DNA of 64,000 nucleotides from an uncultured Lachnospiraceae bacterium (lineage in GTDB: Bacteria; Bacillota; Clostridia; Lachnospirales; Lachnospiraceae). The stretch covers positions 14,140-78,139 of the forward strand of contig URUY01000014.1 of assembly GCA_900551115.1 (NCBI GenBank). Direction: 5' to 3'. Below the pieces are notes generated by a model. The model did not search any database. It worked only from the letters and a program-made list of their open reading frames with translations, and was not told where the DNA came from. Each line of letters opens with the position of its first letter. Positions within the stretch are counted from its first letter, which is position 1. Positions 10,189 through 19,165 of this stretch are shown here, piece after piece. A program made the translations under genes and the position numbers.

Positions 10189-11667
10189 CTAATGATATCC
10201 CATAAGGCTAAAATCTACTTCCTTTGCACATTCCCTTCCCTGATGAATCGCCTTAACCACAAGAGATTGCCCGGTGTGCATGTCTCCGGCAGTATATATT
10301 TTCTCTACGGATGTCTGAAAGCTTCCCACAGCAGTCTTCACATTGCTTCTTTCATCCAGTTCAAAACCAAATGCATCTGCTGTATACTTCTGAGACCCCA
10401 AAAAACCTGCTGCAATCAGTACAAGCTGTGCGTTAAGCGTTTGCTCACTGTTTGGAATCTCTTTCATAACCATACGTCCGCTGTCCGGGTCCTTCTCCCA
10501 TGCAAGCTTTACAAGCTTTACGGCAGACAGCTTTCCCTTCTCATCCTTTACGAATTCTTTTACTGTAGACTCGTAAATACGCGGGTCGTGTCCAAACAGA
10601 CAAATTGCCTCTTCCTGACCGTAATCCGTTTTACAAACCTTAGGCCATTCCGGCCAGGGATTGGTTTCGCTTCTTTGCTCCGATGCTTTCGGCATCATCT
10701 CTATCTGGGTAACAGACCTTGCACCCAGACGGATGGAGGTTCCGACACAGTCATTACCCGTGTCACCGCCACCGATAATAACGACATCTTTATCCTGTAC
10801 CGATACATATGCTTTATCTTCAAACCCGCTGTCCAACAGACTCTTTGTTACTCCTTTCAAAAAATCCACTGCAAAATAAATTCCCTTTGCATCCCTTCCT
10901 GCCACATTAATATCTCTCGGATTGGAAGCACCGCAGCAGAAAACTACCCGGTCAAATTCATCAAACAGCTTCTTTGCATCCACATCCTTGCCCACATCCA
11001 CATTGGTAATAAATGTGATTCCTTCTTCCTCCATAATCTTCACTTTTCGTTCAATGATATGCTTTTCAAGCTTCATATTGGGAATGCCATACATCAGCAG
11101 GCCGCCGACTCTGTCACTGCGTTCATATACACAAACCGTATGGCCACGTTTATTTAACTGATCAGCCACAGCAAGCCCTGCGGGGCCGCTTCCCACAACT
11201 GCCACTCTTTTCCCTGTGCGTACTTTGGGCGGCTTTGGTCCTGCCAGCCCGTTTTCATATGCATACTCAATAATTGCATACTCATTTTCCTTTGTGGCTA
11301 CCGGTTTCCCGAACAGCCCGCAGGTACATGCATTTTCACAAAGAGCGGGACATACTCTCGATGTGAATTCCGGAAAATTATTTGTCTTTTTAAGTCTGTT
11401 ATAGGCACTTTCCCAGTTTCCGGTATATACCAAATCATTCCATTCAGGCACAAGGTTATGAAGCGGACAACCGGACGTCATCCCGGCTATCGTCATTCCT
11501 GACTGGCAGAACGGTACGCCGCAATCCATGCACCTTGCACCCTGCTTTTGTTGTTCCTTTCTCGTAAGATGTTCATGGAATTCATTAAAGTGCTTTATTC
11601 TTTTTTCCGCATCTTCCGCCTTTGATACTATTCTCTCATATTCCAAAAATCCTGTTGGCTTACCCAT
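10189..11667 (-). CDS. gltD: glutamate synthase (NADPH) small subunit
   Basis: 492 aa with N-terminal Fe-S cysteine cluster (CMDCGVPFC…CP…C) and FAD/NAD(P) Rossmann motif (VAVVGSGPAG). Confidence 0.9.
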   Translation of the reverse strand: MGKPTGFLEYERIVSKAEDAEKRIKHFNEFHEHLTRKEQQKQGARCMDCGVPFCQSGMTIAGMTSGCPLHNLVPEWNDLVYTGNWESAYNRLKKTNNFPEFTSRVCPALCENACTCGLFGKPVATKENEYAIIEYAYENGLAGPKPPKVRTGKRVAVVGSGPAGLAVADQLNKRGHTVCVYERSDRVGGLLMYGIPNMKLEKHIIERKVKIMEEEGITFITNVDVGKDVDAKKLFDEFDRVVFCCGASNPRDINVAGRDAKGIYFAVDFLKGVTKSLLDSGFEDKAYVSVQDKDVVIIGGGDTGNDCVGTSIRLGARSVTQIEMMPKASEQRSETNPWPEWPKVCKTDYGQEEAICLFGHDPRIYESTVKEFVKDEKGKLSAVKLVKLAWEKDPDSGRMVMKEIPNSEQTLNAQLVLIAAGFLGSQKYTADAFGFELDERSNVKTAVGSFQTSVEKIYTAGDMHTGQSLVVKAIHQGRECAKEVDFSLMGYH

Positions 11668-11686
11668 TTATATACCTCCAATCCGC

Positions 11687-14600
11687 TTATGAATGCACAC
11701 TCGAATAAAATGCCTCTATCCGGGCTTCTTCTGCGCTTAAGCCTTTTTCCTCCAACATGGTAATGCACCTCTGCATCCTTTCATAATCATGAGGAATAAT
11801 TTTCTTAAACTTCGGCAGATAGGCTTCAAAGCCTTCTAATATCTTCTTACCCTTCCTTGAGCCGGTTGCCGCCGTATGTTCCTCGATCATATTTTTAAGC
11901 TCAGCGGCATCTCTTTTTTCTGTTACTTCGCTGATTGAAACCATCTCTTTATTTACACGCATATAAAGATCGTTGTTGGCATCCAGAACATAAGCAACGC
12001 CGCCACTCATGCCTGCCGCAAAATTCTTACCGGTATCCCCCAGCACGGCAACGCGGCCTCCGGTCATGTATTCGCACCCATGATCGCCCACACCTTCCAC
12101 GACTGCTATTGCCCCTGAGTTACGCACACAGAAACGTTCTCCTGCGATTCCGCATACAAAAGCCTTTCCGCTGGTTGCTCCGTAGAGAGCCACATTACCG
12201 ATAATAATATTCTCATCCGGCACAAAGCTGCTTTCTTTGGGTGGGTATACAATGAGCTTTCCTCCTGAAAGTCCCTTTCCGAAATAATCATTGGAATCCC
12301 CGGAAAGCTCCAGGGTAAGCCCCTTGGGAATAAAGGCGCCAAAGCTCTGTCCGCCCCCGCCCTTGCAAATGATTTTATAGGTATCCTCTGCAAGCGTATC
12401 ATCAAAACGCTTTGTAATCTCAGAACCTAAAATAGTACCAAAAGCCCTGTCAGTATTCTTTACGCTTATTTCAATACTCTTTGCTTCTCCTGTTTTCAGA
12501 CTCTCCTTTAATTTTTTCAAAAGTACCTTTTCATCCAATGTTTTAGCAAGCTCAAAATCATATGCCTTTTTCTTATCAAAGGTTACATGTTCCTGTGCAT
12601 AGGGATTATCTAAAATTTTGGACAAATCAAGTCTTTTCGTTCCTTTCGGAAGTGTTTCCCTGCATTTGAGCAAATCACTGCGTCCTACCAGCTCATCTAC
12701 AGAATGCACGCCTAACTTAGCCATATATTCCCTAAGCTCTTCTGCAATAAATCTCATGAAATTTATGACATATTCCGGTTTTCCCTTAAATCTCTTTCTA
12801 AGCTCCGGATTCTGCGTTGCCACTCCCACAGGACATGTATCCAGATTGCAGACACGCATCATAACACATCCCATAGTTACAAGAGGCGCAGTTGCAAAGC
12901 CGAACTCCTCCGCTCCGAGCATGGCTGCAATTGCCACATCACGTCCCGTCATCAGCTTACCATCCGTCTCTATGCGTACTTTATTTCTAAGCCCATTCTG
13001 AATTAAGGTCTGATGTGTTTCTGCCAGACCCAGTTCCCAGGGTAAGCCGGCATTATGAATAGAGCTTTTGGGCGCCGCACCGGTACCTCCGTCATAGCCT
13101 GAAATAAGAACCACCTGCGCCCCTGCTTTTGCAACACCTGCCGCTACGGTCCCGACGCCTGCCTCCGACACCAGTTTTACACTGATTTCTGCATCTTTAT
13201 TGGAATTCTTTAAGTCAAAAATAAGCTGCGCCAAATCCTCAATGGAATAAATGTCATGATGCGGCGGCGGTGAAATAAGCCCTACGCCTGCCGTAGAGTG
13301 CCTTGTTTTTGCAATCCACGGATAAACCTTTCCCGCAGGTAAATGTCCGCCTTCGCCCGGCTTTGCACCCTGCGCCATCTTTATTTGTATTTCTTTTGCA
13401 CTTACCAGGTATCTGCTGGTAACGCCAAAACGTCCCGAAGCCACCTGCTTAATTGCGGAGCATTTATCAATACTTTCTCCTGCCGTTACCATTCGGTCAA
13501 GATCCTCTCCGCCTTCGCCGCTGTTCGATTTTCCATGCAGTCTGTTCATGGCAATCGCCAGCGTTTCATGTGCTTCTTTAGAAATTGAGCCATAGGACAT
13601 TGCGCCTGTTTTAAATCTTGTGACGATACTGTCTACACTTTCTATCTCCTCTAAAGGAAGCGGCTTTTCAGAATACTGAAGCTCTAAAAGCCCGCGGATA
13701 TTTCTGACACTGTCCTCATTATCAAGCATGGACGTATACTGCTTAAACATATGATAATCACCGCGCATGGTTGACTGCTGCAGCATGTGTATGGTGGCAG
13801 GATTATATAAATGCTCTTCTGCCCCGCCTCTTAGCTTATGCTGTCCCGGACTGTCCAGGGTCAAATCCGTAGCAAGGCCCAACGGGTCAAAGGCCTTGGA
13901 ATGCAGCATATCAACTTCTTTTTCTATGTCCTTTAATGTGATTCCGCCTATCCGGCATACCGTATTCGTAAAATACTTATTTATCACAGCATCATCTATA
14001 CCCAGTGCCTCAAAAATCTGTGAGCCCTGATAGGATTGAATCGTGGAGATTCCCATCTTAGATGCAATTTTAACAATTCCGTGTAAAATCGCACTATTAT
14101 AATCATCCACAGCCGCATAATAATCCTTATCCAGCATTCCGTTTTCAATCAACTCTTTAACAGATTCCAATGCCAAATACGGATTTACTGCACAGGCGCC
14201 ATATCCCAAAAGCGTTGCAAAATCATGTACCTCTCTCGGTTCTGCGGACTCTATAATCAGTGCCACACTGGTTCTCTTCTTTGTACGGACCAAATGCCTT
14301 TGCAGGGCCGATACTGCAAGCAGGGAAGGAATCGCCACATGATTTTCATCCACGCCTCTGTCAGACAGGATAATAATATTCGCGCCTTCTCTGTATACTC
14401 TGTCAACCTCCACACAGAGCCTGTCAATCGCACGTTCCAAACCGGTATTCTTATAATACAGAATCGGAACTACCGCTACCTGAAATCCCTCTCTTTTCAT
14501 ATGCTTGATTTTCAGCATATCCGTATTGGTAAGAATGGGATTATTAACCTTTAACACATTACAGTTTTCCTGCTTATCCTCTAACAGATTTCCGTCTGTC

Positions 14601-16228
14601 CCAATATATACGCTTGTAGAAGTAACTACCTCTTCCCTGATTGCATCAATCGGCGGATTGGTTACCTGTGCAAACATTTGCTTAAAGTAGTGAGATAATT
14701 GATGATGTGTCTTAGACAGCACCGGGATTGGTGAATCTACTCCCATTGCCGCAATAGCTTCACTGCCGCTGCGCGCCATGGGCAGTATGCTTGACTTTAA
14801 TTCATCAAAGGTATATCCAAAGGCCTTTTGCATTCTCTGCCTTTCCTCGTTCGTATACTCATAAACTTTCACATTGGGTATTTTAAGCTCCTTAAGCGTT
14901 ACCAGATTGGAATCAAGCCACTCCCCATACGGTCTTTTTAAAGCAAAAGCTTCCTTAATGGTGTCATCATCAAGCAGCTTTCCCTTTACGGTATCCACAA
15001 GAAGCATTTTCCCCGGTCTTAATCTGTCCTTCTTAATAATCCTTGCATTATCTATCGGCAGAACACCCACCTCTGAGGAAAGAATCAGCTGGCCATCATC
15101 CGTAATGTAATAACGCGAAGGGCGCAGTCCGTTTCTGTCAAGCACGGCCCCCATAATATCCCCATCCGAAAACAATATAGAGGCAGGACCATCCCACGGC
15201 TCCATCATAGTTGCATAATACTGATAAAAATCTTTTTTATGCTGGCTCATCGTTTTATTGTTTGCCCAGGGCTCCGGAATGGTAATCATAACTGCCAACG
15301 GAAGCTCCATCCCGCTCATTACCAAAAACTCAAGGGTATTATCAAGCATGGCAGAATCCGACCCCTGTTCATTCACAACAGGCAAAACCTTATGAAACTC
15401 GCGGCTTAAATGTTCCGATTCCATATTTTCTTCTCTTGCCAGCATTTTATCTACATTTCCGCGAATTGTATTAATTTCTCCATTGTGAACAATAAATCTG
15501 TTTGGATGCGCTCTTTCCCAGCTTGGGTTCGTATTGGTAGAAAATCTGGAATGGACAATTGCGATTGCCGATTTGTATTCCCCGCTCTGCAAATCAGGGA
15601 AAAATGTCCGCAGCTGTCCTACTAAAAACATTCCCTTATATACAATCGTTCTGCTGCTTAAAGACACAACATAGGTATTGTCCGTACTCTGCTCAAAAAC
15701 ACGTCTTGCAATATAGAGCTTTCTATCAAAATCAAGTCCAATCTCTACATCGGAGGGTTTCCTGACAAATGCCTGCATAATATAGGGCATGCATTCTACT
15801 GCCCTTTTTCCCAAAACTTCCGGTACGCACGGAACTTTTCTCCATCCGATAAATTCCATTCCCTCTTTTTCCACAATAATCTCAAACATCTTTTTTGCCT
15901 GATTTCGCTTCAGCTCATTCTGCGGAAAAAAGAACATACCTACCCCATATTCTCTTTCCTTCCCAAGCTTCAGGTTTAAAGGCTCTGCCTGTTTTACAAA
16001 AAAGCTGTGGCATATCTGTACGAGAATACCCACGCCGTCTCCTGTTTTGCCTTCTGCATCCTTGCCGGCTCTATGCTCAAGATTTTCTACAATCATCAAT
16101 GCCTTTTCTACCGTATCATGGGTTTTTTCTCCGTTAATATTAACAACTGCCCCAATACCGCAGTTATCATGTTCAAACTTTTCACTGTACAACGGTGCCC
16201 TTTGCTTTTCAGATTTTGCATCAAACAT
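11687..16228 (-). CDS. gltB: glutamate synthase large subunit
   Basis: 1513 aa. N-terminal Ntn amidotransferase Cys (…HDNCGIG…), FMN-binding and GXGXG domains. Immediately upstream of gltD. Confidence 0.95.
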   Translation of the reverse strand: MFDAKSEKQRAPLYSEKFEHDNCGIGAVVNINGEKTHDTVEKALMIVENLEHRAGKDAEGKTGDGVGILVQICHSFFVKQAEPLNLKLGKEREYGVGMFFFPQNELKRNQAKKMFEIIVEKEGMEFIGWRKVPCVPEVLGKRAVECMPYIMQAFVRKPSDVEIGLDFDRKLYIARRVFEQSTDNTYVVSLSSRTIVYKGMFLVGQLRTFFPDLQSGEYKSAIAIVHSRFSTNTNPSWERAHPNRFIVHNGEINTIRGNVDKMLAREENMESEHLSREFHKVLPVVNEQGSDSAMLDNTLEFLVMSGMELPLAVMITIPEPWANNKTMSQHKKDFYQYYATMMEPWDGPASILFSDGDIMGAVLDRNGLRPSRYYITDDGQLILSSEVGVLPIDNARIIKKDRLRPGKMLLVDTVKGKLLDDDTIKEAFALKRPYGEWLDSNLVTLKELKIPNVKVYEYTNEERQRMQKAFGYTFDELKSSILPMARSGSEAIAAMGVDSPIPVLSKTHHQLSHYFKQMFAQVTNPPIDAIREEVVTSTSVYIGTDGNLLEDKQENCNVLKVNNPILTNTDMLKIKHMKREGFQVAVVPILYYKNTGLERAIDRLCVEVDRVYREGANIIILSDRGVDENHVAIPSLLAVSALQRHLVRTKKRTSVALIIESAEPREVHDFATLLGYGACAVNPYLALESVKELIENGMLDKDYYAAVDDYNSAILHGIVKIASKMGISTIQSYQGSQIFEALGIDDAVINKYFTNTVCRIGGITLKDIEKEVDMLHSKAFDPLGLATDLTLDSPGQHKLRGGAEEHLYNPATIHMLQQSTMRGDYHMFKQYTSMLDNEDSVRNIRGLLELQYSEKPLPLEEIESVDSIVTRFKTGAMSYGSISKEAHETLAIAMNRLHGKSNSGEGGEDLDRMVTAGESIDKCSAIKQVASGRFGVTSRYLVSAKEIQIKMAQGAKPGEGGHLPAGKVYPWIAKTRHSTAGVGLISPPPHHDIYSIEDLAQLIFDLKNSNKDAEISVKLVSEAGVGTVAAGVAKAGAQVVLISGYDGGTGAAPKSSIHNAGLPWELGLAETHQTLIQNGLRNKVRIETDGKLMTGRDVAIAAMLGAEEFGFATAPLVTMGCVMMRVCNLDTCPVGVATQNPELRKRFKGKPEYVINFMRFIAEELREYMAKLGVHSVDELVGRSDLLKCRETLPKGTKRLDLSKILDNPYAQEHVTFDKKKAYDFELAKTLDEKVLLKKLKESLKTGEAKSIEISVKNTDRAFGTILGSEITKRFDDTLAEDTYKIICKGGGGQSFGAFIPKGLTLELSGDSNDYFGKGLSGGKLIVYPPKESSFVPDENIIIGNVALYGATSGKAFVCGIAGERFCVRNSGAIAVVEGVGDHGCEYMTGGRVAVLGDTGKNFAAGMSGGVAYVLDANNDLYMRVNKEMVSISEVTEKRDAAELKNMIEEHTAATGSRKGKKILEGFEAYLPKFKKIIPHDYERMQRCITMLEEKGLSAEEARIEAFYSSVHS

Positions 16229-16249
16229 TTTCCAACACTCCTTGCTTTT

Positions 16250-16316
16250 TTTCTGTTAAAAAAGGCAAAGAAATCTCTAATGCACATAATTGCATGAAAG
16301 ACGTCTTTGCCTTTTA
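16250..16316 (-). promoter_or_regulatory. second (promoter-distal) attenuator in the gltB leader: P1 hairpin (AAAGGC-AAAGAC-GUCUUU) overlapping a long terminator + U6
   Basis: mRNA sense AAAAGGCAAAGACGUCUUUCAUGCAAUUAUGUGCAUUAGAGAUUUCUUUGCCUUUUUUAA. Confidence 0.6.
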
Positions 16317-16344
16317 ATATTCAGATACCTTACATATTCCCTTT

Positions 16345-16393
16345 GAAACAAAAGGCACCTTTAAGAGCTTCCCCTTAAAGACGCCATTGCCTT
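16345..16393 (-). promoter_or_regulatory. first (promoter-proximal) attenuator in the gltB leader: P1 hairpin (AAGGC-AAUGGC-GUCUU) overlapping a 12-bp terminator + UUUUGUUU
   Basis: mRNA sense UUAAGGCAAUGGCGUCUUUAAGGGGAAGCUCUUAAAGGUGCCUUUUGUUU. Confidence 0.65.
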
Positions 16394-16403
16394 AATGGTA
16401 TGA

Positions 16404-16432
16404 ATTTTATATCCAGGATTACCAATTGTCAA
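16404..16432 (-). promoter_or_regulatory. sigma-A type promoter (TTGACA-17-TAAAAT) for gltBD
   Basis: Minus-strand TTGACAattggtaatcctggataTAAAAT. TSS predicted ~3 nt before P1. Confidence 0.65.
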
Positions 16433-16480
16433 TATTTATTTTTAAATTTAATAATTTTTATTTTTATCTTCTAAAGCTTT

Positions 16481-16516
16481 TTCCCAAAATTCTTCCAAAA
16501 TTTCCTCCAAAATTTT
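16481..16516. repeat. three tandem 12-nt repeats (TTCCCAAAATTC / TTCCAAAATTTC / CTCCAAAATTTT) in the divergent gltB-glnA intergenic region
   Basis: Read directly. Period ~12 nt (one helical turn plus). Lies between the two divergent -35 boxes. Confidence 0.7.
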
Positions 16517-16538
16517 CGGAATTTCATGGCAAATTAGC

Positions 16539-16567
16539 TTGACATTCTGGTAACTTGCGTTTAGAAT
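16539..16567 (+). promoter_or_regulatory. sigma-A type promoter (TTGACA-17-TAGAAT) for glnA-nitR
   Basis: Plus-strand TTGACAttctggtaacttgcgttTAGAAT. Confidence 0.6.
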
Positions 16568-16574
16568 CTTTTGT

Positions 16575-16631
16575 GAGCAAAGGCGTTCATTTAATTCAGA
16601 AACCATATTTCTGTTACAATGGACGTCTTTA
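16575..16631 (+). promoter_or_regulatory. glnA leader with divergent P1-like hairpin (GAGC-AAAGGC-GUUC, A1/G4 hexaloop) plus a second degenerate motif copy (CAAUGGACGUCUUUA)
   Basis: GCAAAGGCGU core and downstream CGUCUUUA are shared with the four minus-strand leaders. A CAGAAA/UUUCUG hairpin lies between them. No strong terminator seen. Confidence 0.45.
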
Positions 16632-16680
16632 TTCGTTCCGTAGCCAATGCCAATAAATATACGAGAAAGCAGGTGCCGCA

Positions 16681-17892
16681 ATGAAATATACCCAAAATGA
16701 AGTAATGCAGTTTGTGGAAGAAGAAGATGTAAAATTCATCAGACTGGCATTTTGTGATGTTTTTGGAAAACAGAAAAATATATCCATCATGCCCGATGAG
16801 CTAAACAGAGCCTTTGAACAGGGAATTGCCATCGATGCATGGTCTATTGCCGGGTTTGACAGCCATTTGCACTCAGACTTGTTTTTATATCCTGACCCTT
16901 CCACTCTTGTTATCCTGCCGTGGCGTCCGGAACATGGCCGTGTGGTAAGAATGTTCTGCGATATCAAATGGCCGGACGGCAGCGTTTTTCTCTGCGATAC
17001 CAGACAGCTTCTCAAAAAAGCCATTGCCGATGCCGCAGAAAAAGGTGTCTTTTTTCAATTTGGTTCAGAAATGGAATTCTATCTTTTTAACAGGGATGAA
17101 CTGGGCAATCCCACTGCCATCCCTTACGACCAGGCAGAATATATGGACATTGCTCCGGACGATAAAGGTGAGAATATCAGACGTGAGATATGCCTTACCT
17201 TAGAGCAGATGGGTATATCGCCTGAAAGCTCCCATCATGAAGAGGGACCCGGACAAAATGAAATTGATTTTAGATATTCCGACCCTTTATCCGCAGCAGA
17301 CAATGCCGTTACTTTTGCTGCCGTTGTAAAAACCGTTGCAAACCGCAACGGAATTTATGCCTGCTTCAATCCGAAACCACTGGAAAATGCACCGGGAAAC
17401 GGAATGCATATTAACTTCTCCATCAAAGATGATACTGATGCAGAGGCGTTAAATCATTGCCTTGCCGGTATATTAAAATATATTCCTGATATGACACTTT
17501 ATCTAAATCGCTGCATAGATTCTTATAAACGCCTGGGAAATAACAAAGCGCCCGGCTTTATAACCTGGTCTGCCGAAAACCGCTCCCAGCTGGTTCGTAT
17601 CCCTGCCGCCTCCGGTATATACAAACGGGCAGAGCTTCGTTCTCCCGACCCTATGGCTAATCCCTACATTGCTTATACACTTTTGATTTATGCGGGACTG
17701 CTTGGCATAGAGGAGAAGCTTCCGCTTCCTCCCGCAGCAGACATAAATCTGTATACTGCTCCGAAAGATATTTTAAATCAGTATACCCACCTTCCCAAAA
17801 CCTTGGAAGAGGCAAAGACAATAGCCAAAAACAGCCTGTTCATCAATTCCATCCTGCCTGCGCAGATTACCGAAGCATATTGCAGGATATAA
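16681..17892 (+). CDS. glnA: glutamine synthetase family protein (short type-I-like)
   Basis: 403 aa with GS beta-grasp N-domain and catalytic motifs (…GNGMHINFS…, …ENRSQLVRIP…). Confidence 0.8.
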   Translation: MKYTQNEVMQFVEEEDVKFIRLAFCDVFGKQKNISIMPDELNRAFEQGIAIDAWSIAGFDSHLHSDLFLYPDPSTLVILPWRPEHGRVVRMFCDIKWPDGSVFLCDTRQLLKKAIADAAEKGVFFQFGSEMEFYLFNRDELGNPTAIPYDQAEYMDIAPDDKGENIRREICLTLEQMGISPESSHHEEGPGQNEIDFRYSDPLSAADNAVTFAAVVKTVANRNGIYACFNPKPLENAPGNGMHINFSIKDDTDAEALNHCLAGILKYIPDMTLYLNRCIDSYKRLGNNKAPGFITWSAENRSQLVRIPAASGIYKRAELRSPDPMANPYIAYTLLIYAGLLGIEEKLPLPPAADINLYTAPKDILNQYTHLPKTLEEAKTIAKNSLFINSILPAQITEAYCRI

Positions 17893-17916
17893 AAAATCTG
17901 ATGAACGGAAGGAGGT

Positions 17917-18510
17917 ATGCCCATGCCTTTTAAAGAATATATATACAGTGTTTTGATAGTATCATCATCCGAAACCTTTAATACTTCCTTTACGGCACTG
18001 CTGCCCCAGAAAGATTACGCCCCTGTAGATATTGTCCAAAGCATAAATCACGCAAGGCGGAAAACAGCAGAAAGAGCTTATGACCTTGTCATAATAAACA
18101 CGCCGCTGCCGGACGATTTCGGCAGAAAATTTGCTATTGATATCTGCGAAAACAGGCATACGGTTGCCGTACTTTTTGTAAAAAACGATATATATGATGA
18201 AACCTATGCAAGGGTTCTGGAGCATGGTGTTTTAACCTTGCGCAAGCCGACCTCCGCTTCCATTATAAATCAGGCGCTTGATTGGATGCGTGCAATCAGC
18301 AAACGGCTTGGAAAGCTTGAAAAAAAGACCCTGACATTAGAAGAAAAAATGTCCGAAATCCGAATTGTCAACCGTGCAAAGTGGGCGCTTATCGAATCCT
18401 GTAATATGACAGAAACCGACGCCCACAGGTACATAGAAAAGCAGGCCATGGATCGCTGCCTTACAAAAGGAGAAATCGCGGAAGGCATCCTGCAGACTTA
18501 TAAATCATAG
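17917..18510 (+). CDS. ANTAR-domain RNA-binding antiterminator with atypical receiver domain (NitR/AmiR-like)
   Basis: C-terminal ANTAR signature (…EIRIVNRAKWALIESCNMTETDAHRYIEKQAMDRCLTKGEIAEGIL). N-terminal CheY-like fold in which the phospho-acceptor position reads LVIIN (Asn, not Asp). glnA followed by an ANTAR regulator is the classical clostridial glnA-nitR arrangement. Confidence 0.8.
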   Translation: MPMPFKEYIYSVLIVSSSETFNTSFTALLPQKDYAPVDIVQSINHARRKTAERAYDLVIINTPLPDDFGRKFAIDICENRHTVAVLFVKNDIYDETYARVLEHGVLTLRKPTSASIINQALDWMRAISKRLGKLEKKTLTLEEKMSEIRIVNRAKWALIESCNMTETDAHRYIEKQAMDRCLTKGEIAEGILQTYKS

Positions 18511-18549
18511 CCCCTGCTCTCCCGCAATCCGGTTTGGTCCATACAGTTT

Positions 18550-19143
18550 TTAATCTGCCTTCCAAATGCGCACATATTTTTTATAGCCTTCATCTCCAAA
18601 CATATAATGGTAAATGTCATCAAGCCGTGCATAAATTTGGTCATCCTCATATTTTTCCCGCAGCGGTATGGCGAAAATGCCGAATTCCACAATATACAGC
18701 CGGCTCTTTATACCGGTTCTTACTGCACCGTTTCTTTCATAAAATCCGTTGCGGCGCACCCGGATATCATATTCCGCCTCGTTTTTTGCTTTTTGGGGTT
18801 CCTCTGTTTCCAAAAGAATAGCCGCCTTGTCTTTGTAAATTTCCTGCATTTTTTGTAAGAACAGGCTGCCGGTTCCGCCGTTTCTGAATTCCTTAAGCAC
18901 TGCATAATAATCTAAAAGCAGTACATCCTCTCCCGGTACTTTTACAAAAAGAGCATAGCCTATAAGCTGTTCCTCAGAAAAAAGCCCCAATCCTGCATAA
19001 CCGTCTTCCGCAAGCATCCGCTCTATTATTTCCACCGGTTTTAATTCCGCCTCAGGGAAATCTTCCCCCGCTACGCCTTTATAAATAGAAAGAATCTCCT
19101 CCTTTAGAAGCTTTCTCATTTCGTACTTTTTTACTTCTGTCAC
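18550..19143 (-). CDS. GNAT family N-acetyltransferase
   Basis: Acetyl-CoA binding motif (…RNGGTGSLFLQKM…). Start uncertain: probably GTG with GGAGAAACGACA RBS, since the ORF-track 5' extension overlaps rqcH. Confidence 0.6.
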   Translation of the reverse strand: MTEVKKYEMRKLLKEEILSIYKGVAGEDFPEAELKPVEIIERMLAEDGYAGLGLFSEEQLIGYALFVKVPGEDVLLLDYYAVLKEFRNGGTGSLFLQKMQEIYKDKAAILLETEEPQKAKNEAEYDIRVRRNGFYERNGAVRTGIKSRLYIVEFGIFAIPLREKYEDDQIYARLDDIYHYMFGDEGYKKYVRIWKAD

Positions 19144-19165
19144 TGTCGTTTCTCCTTTTTTACCG

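Noticed and set aside
10192-11157. 321-aa plus-strand ORF antisense to gltD (and similar long antisense ORFs at 43695-44792 and 39151-39867)
   Set aside because: These fully overlap well-supported minus-strand genes and have low-complexity, Cys/Leu/Phe-rich composition typical of antisense frames. None has an RBS.
16448-17024. Minus-strand ORFs of 77 and 131 aa overlapping the gltB-glnA intergenic region and the glnA 5' end
   Set aside because: They overlap the mapped promoters and the well-supported glnA CDS on the other strand, and have no RBS.
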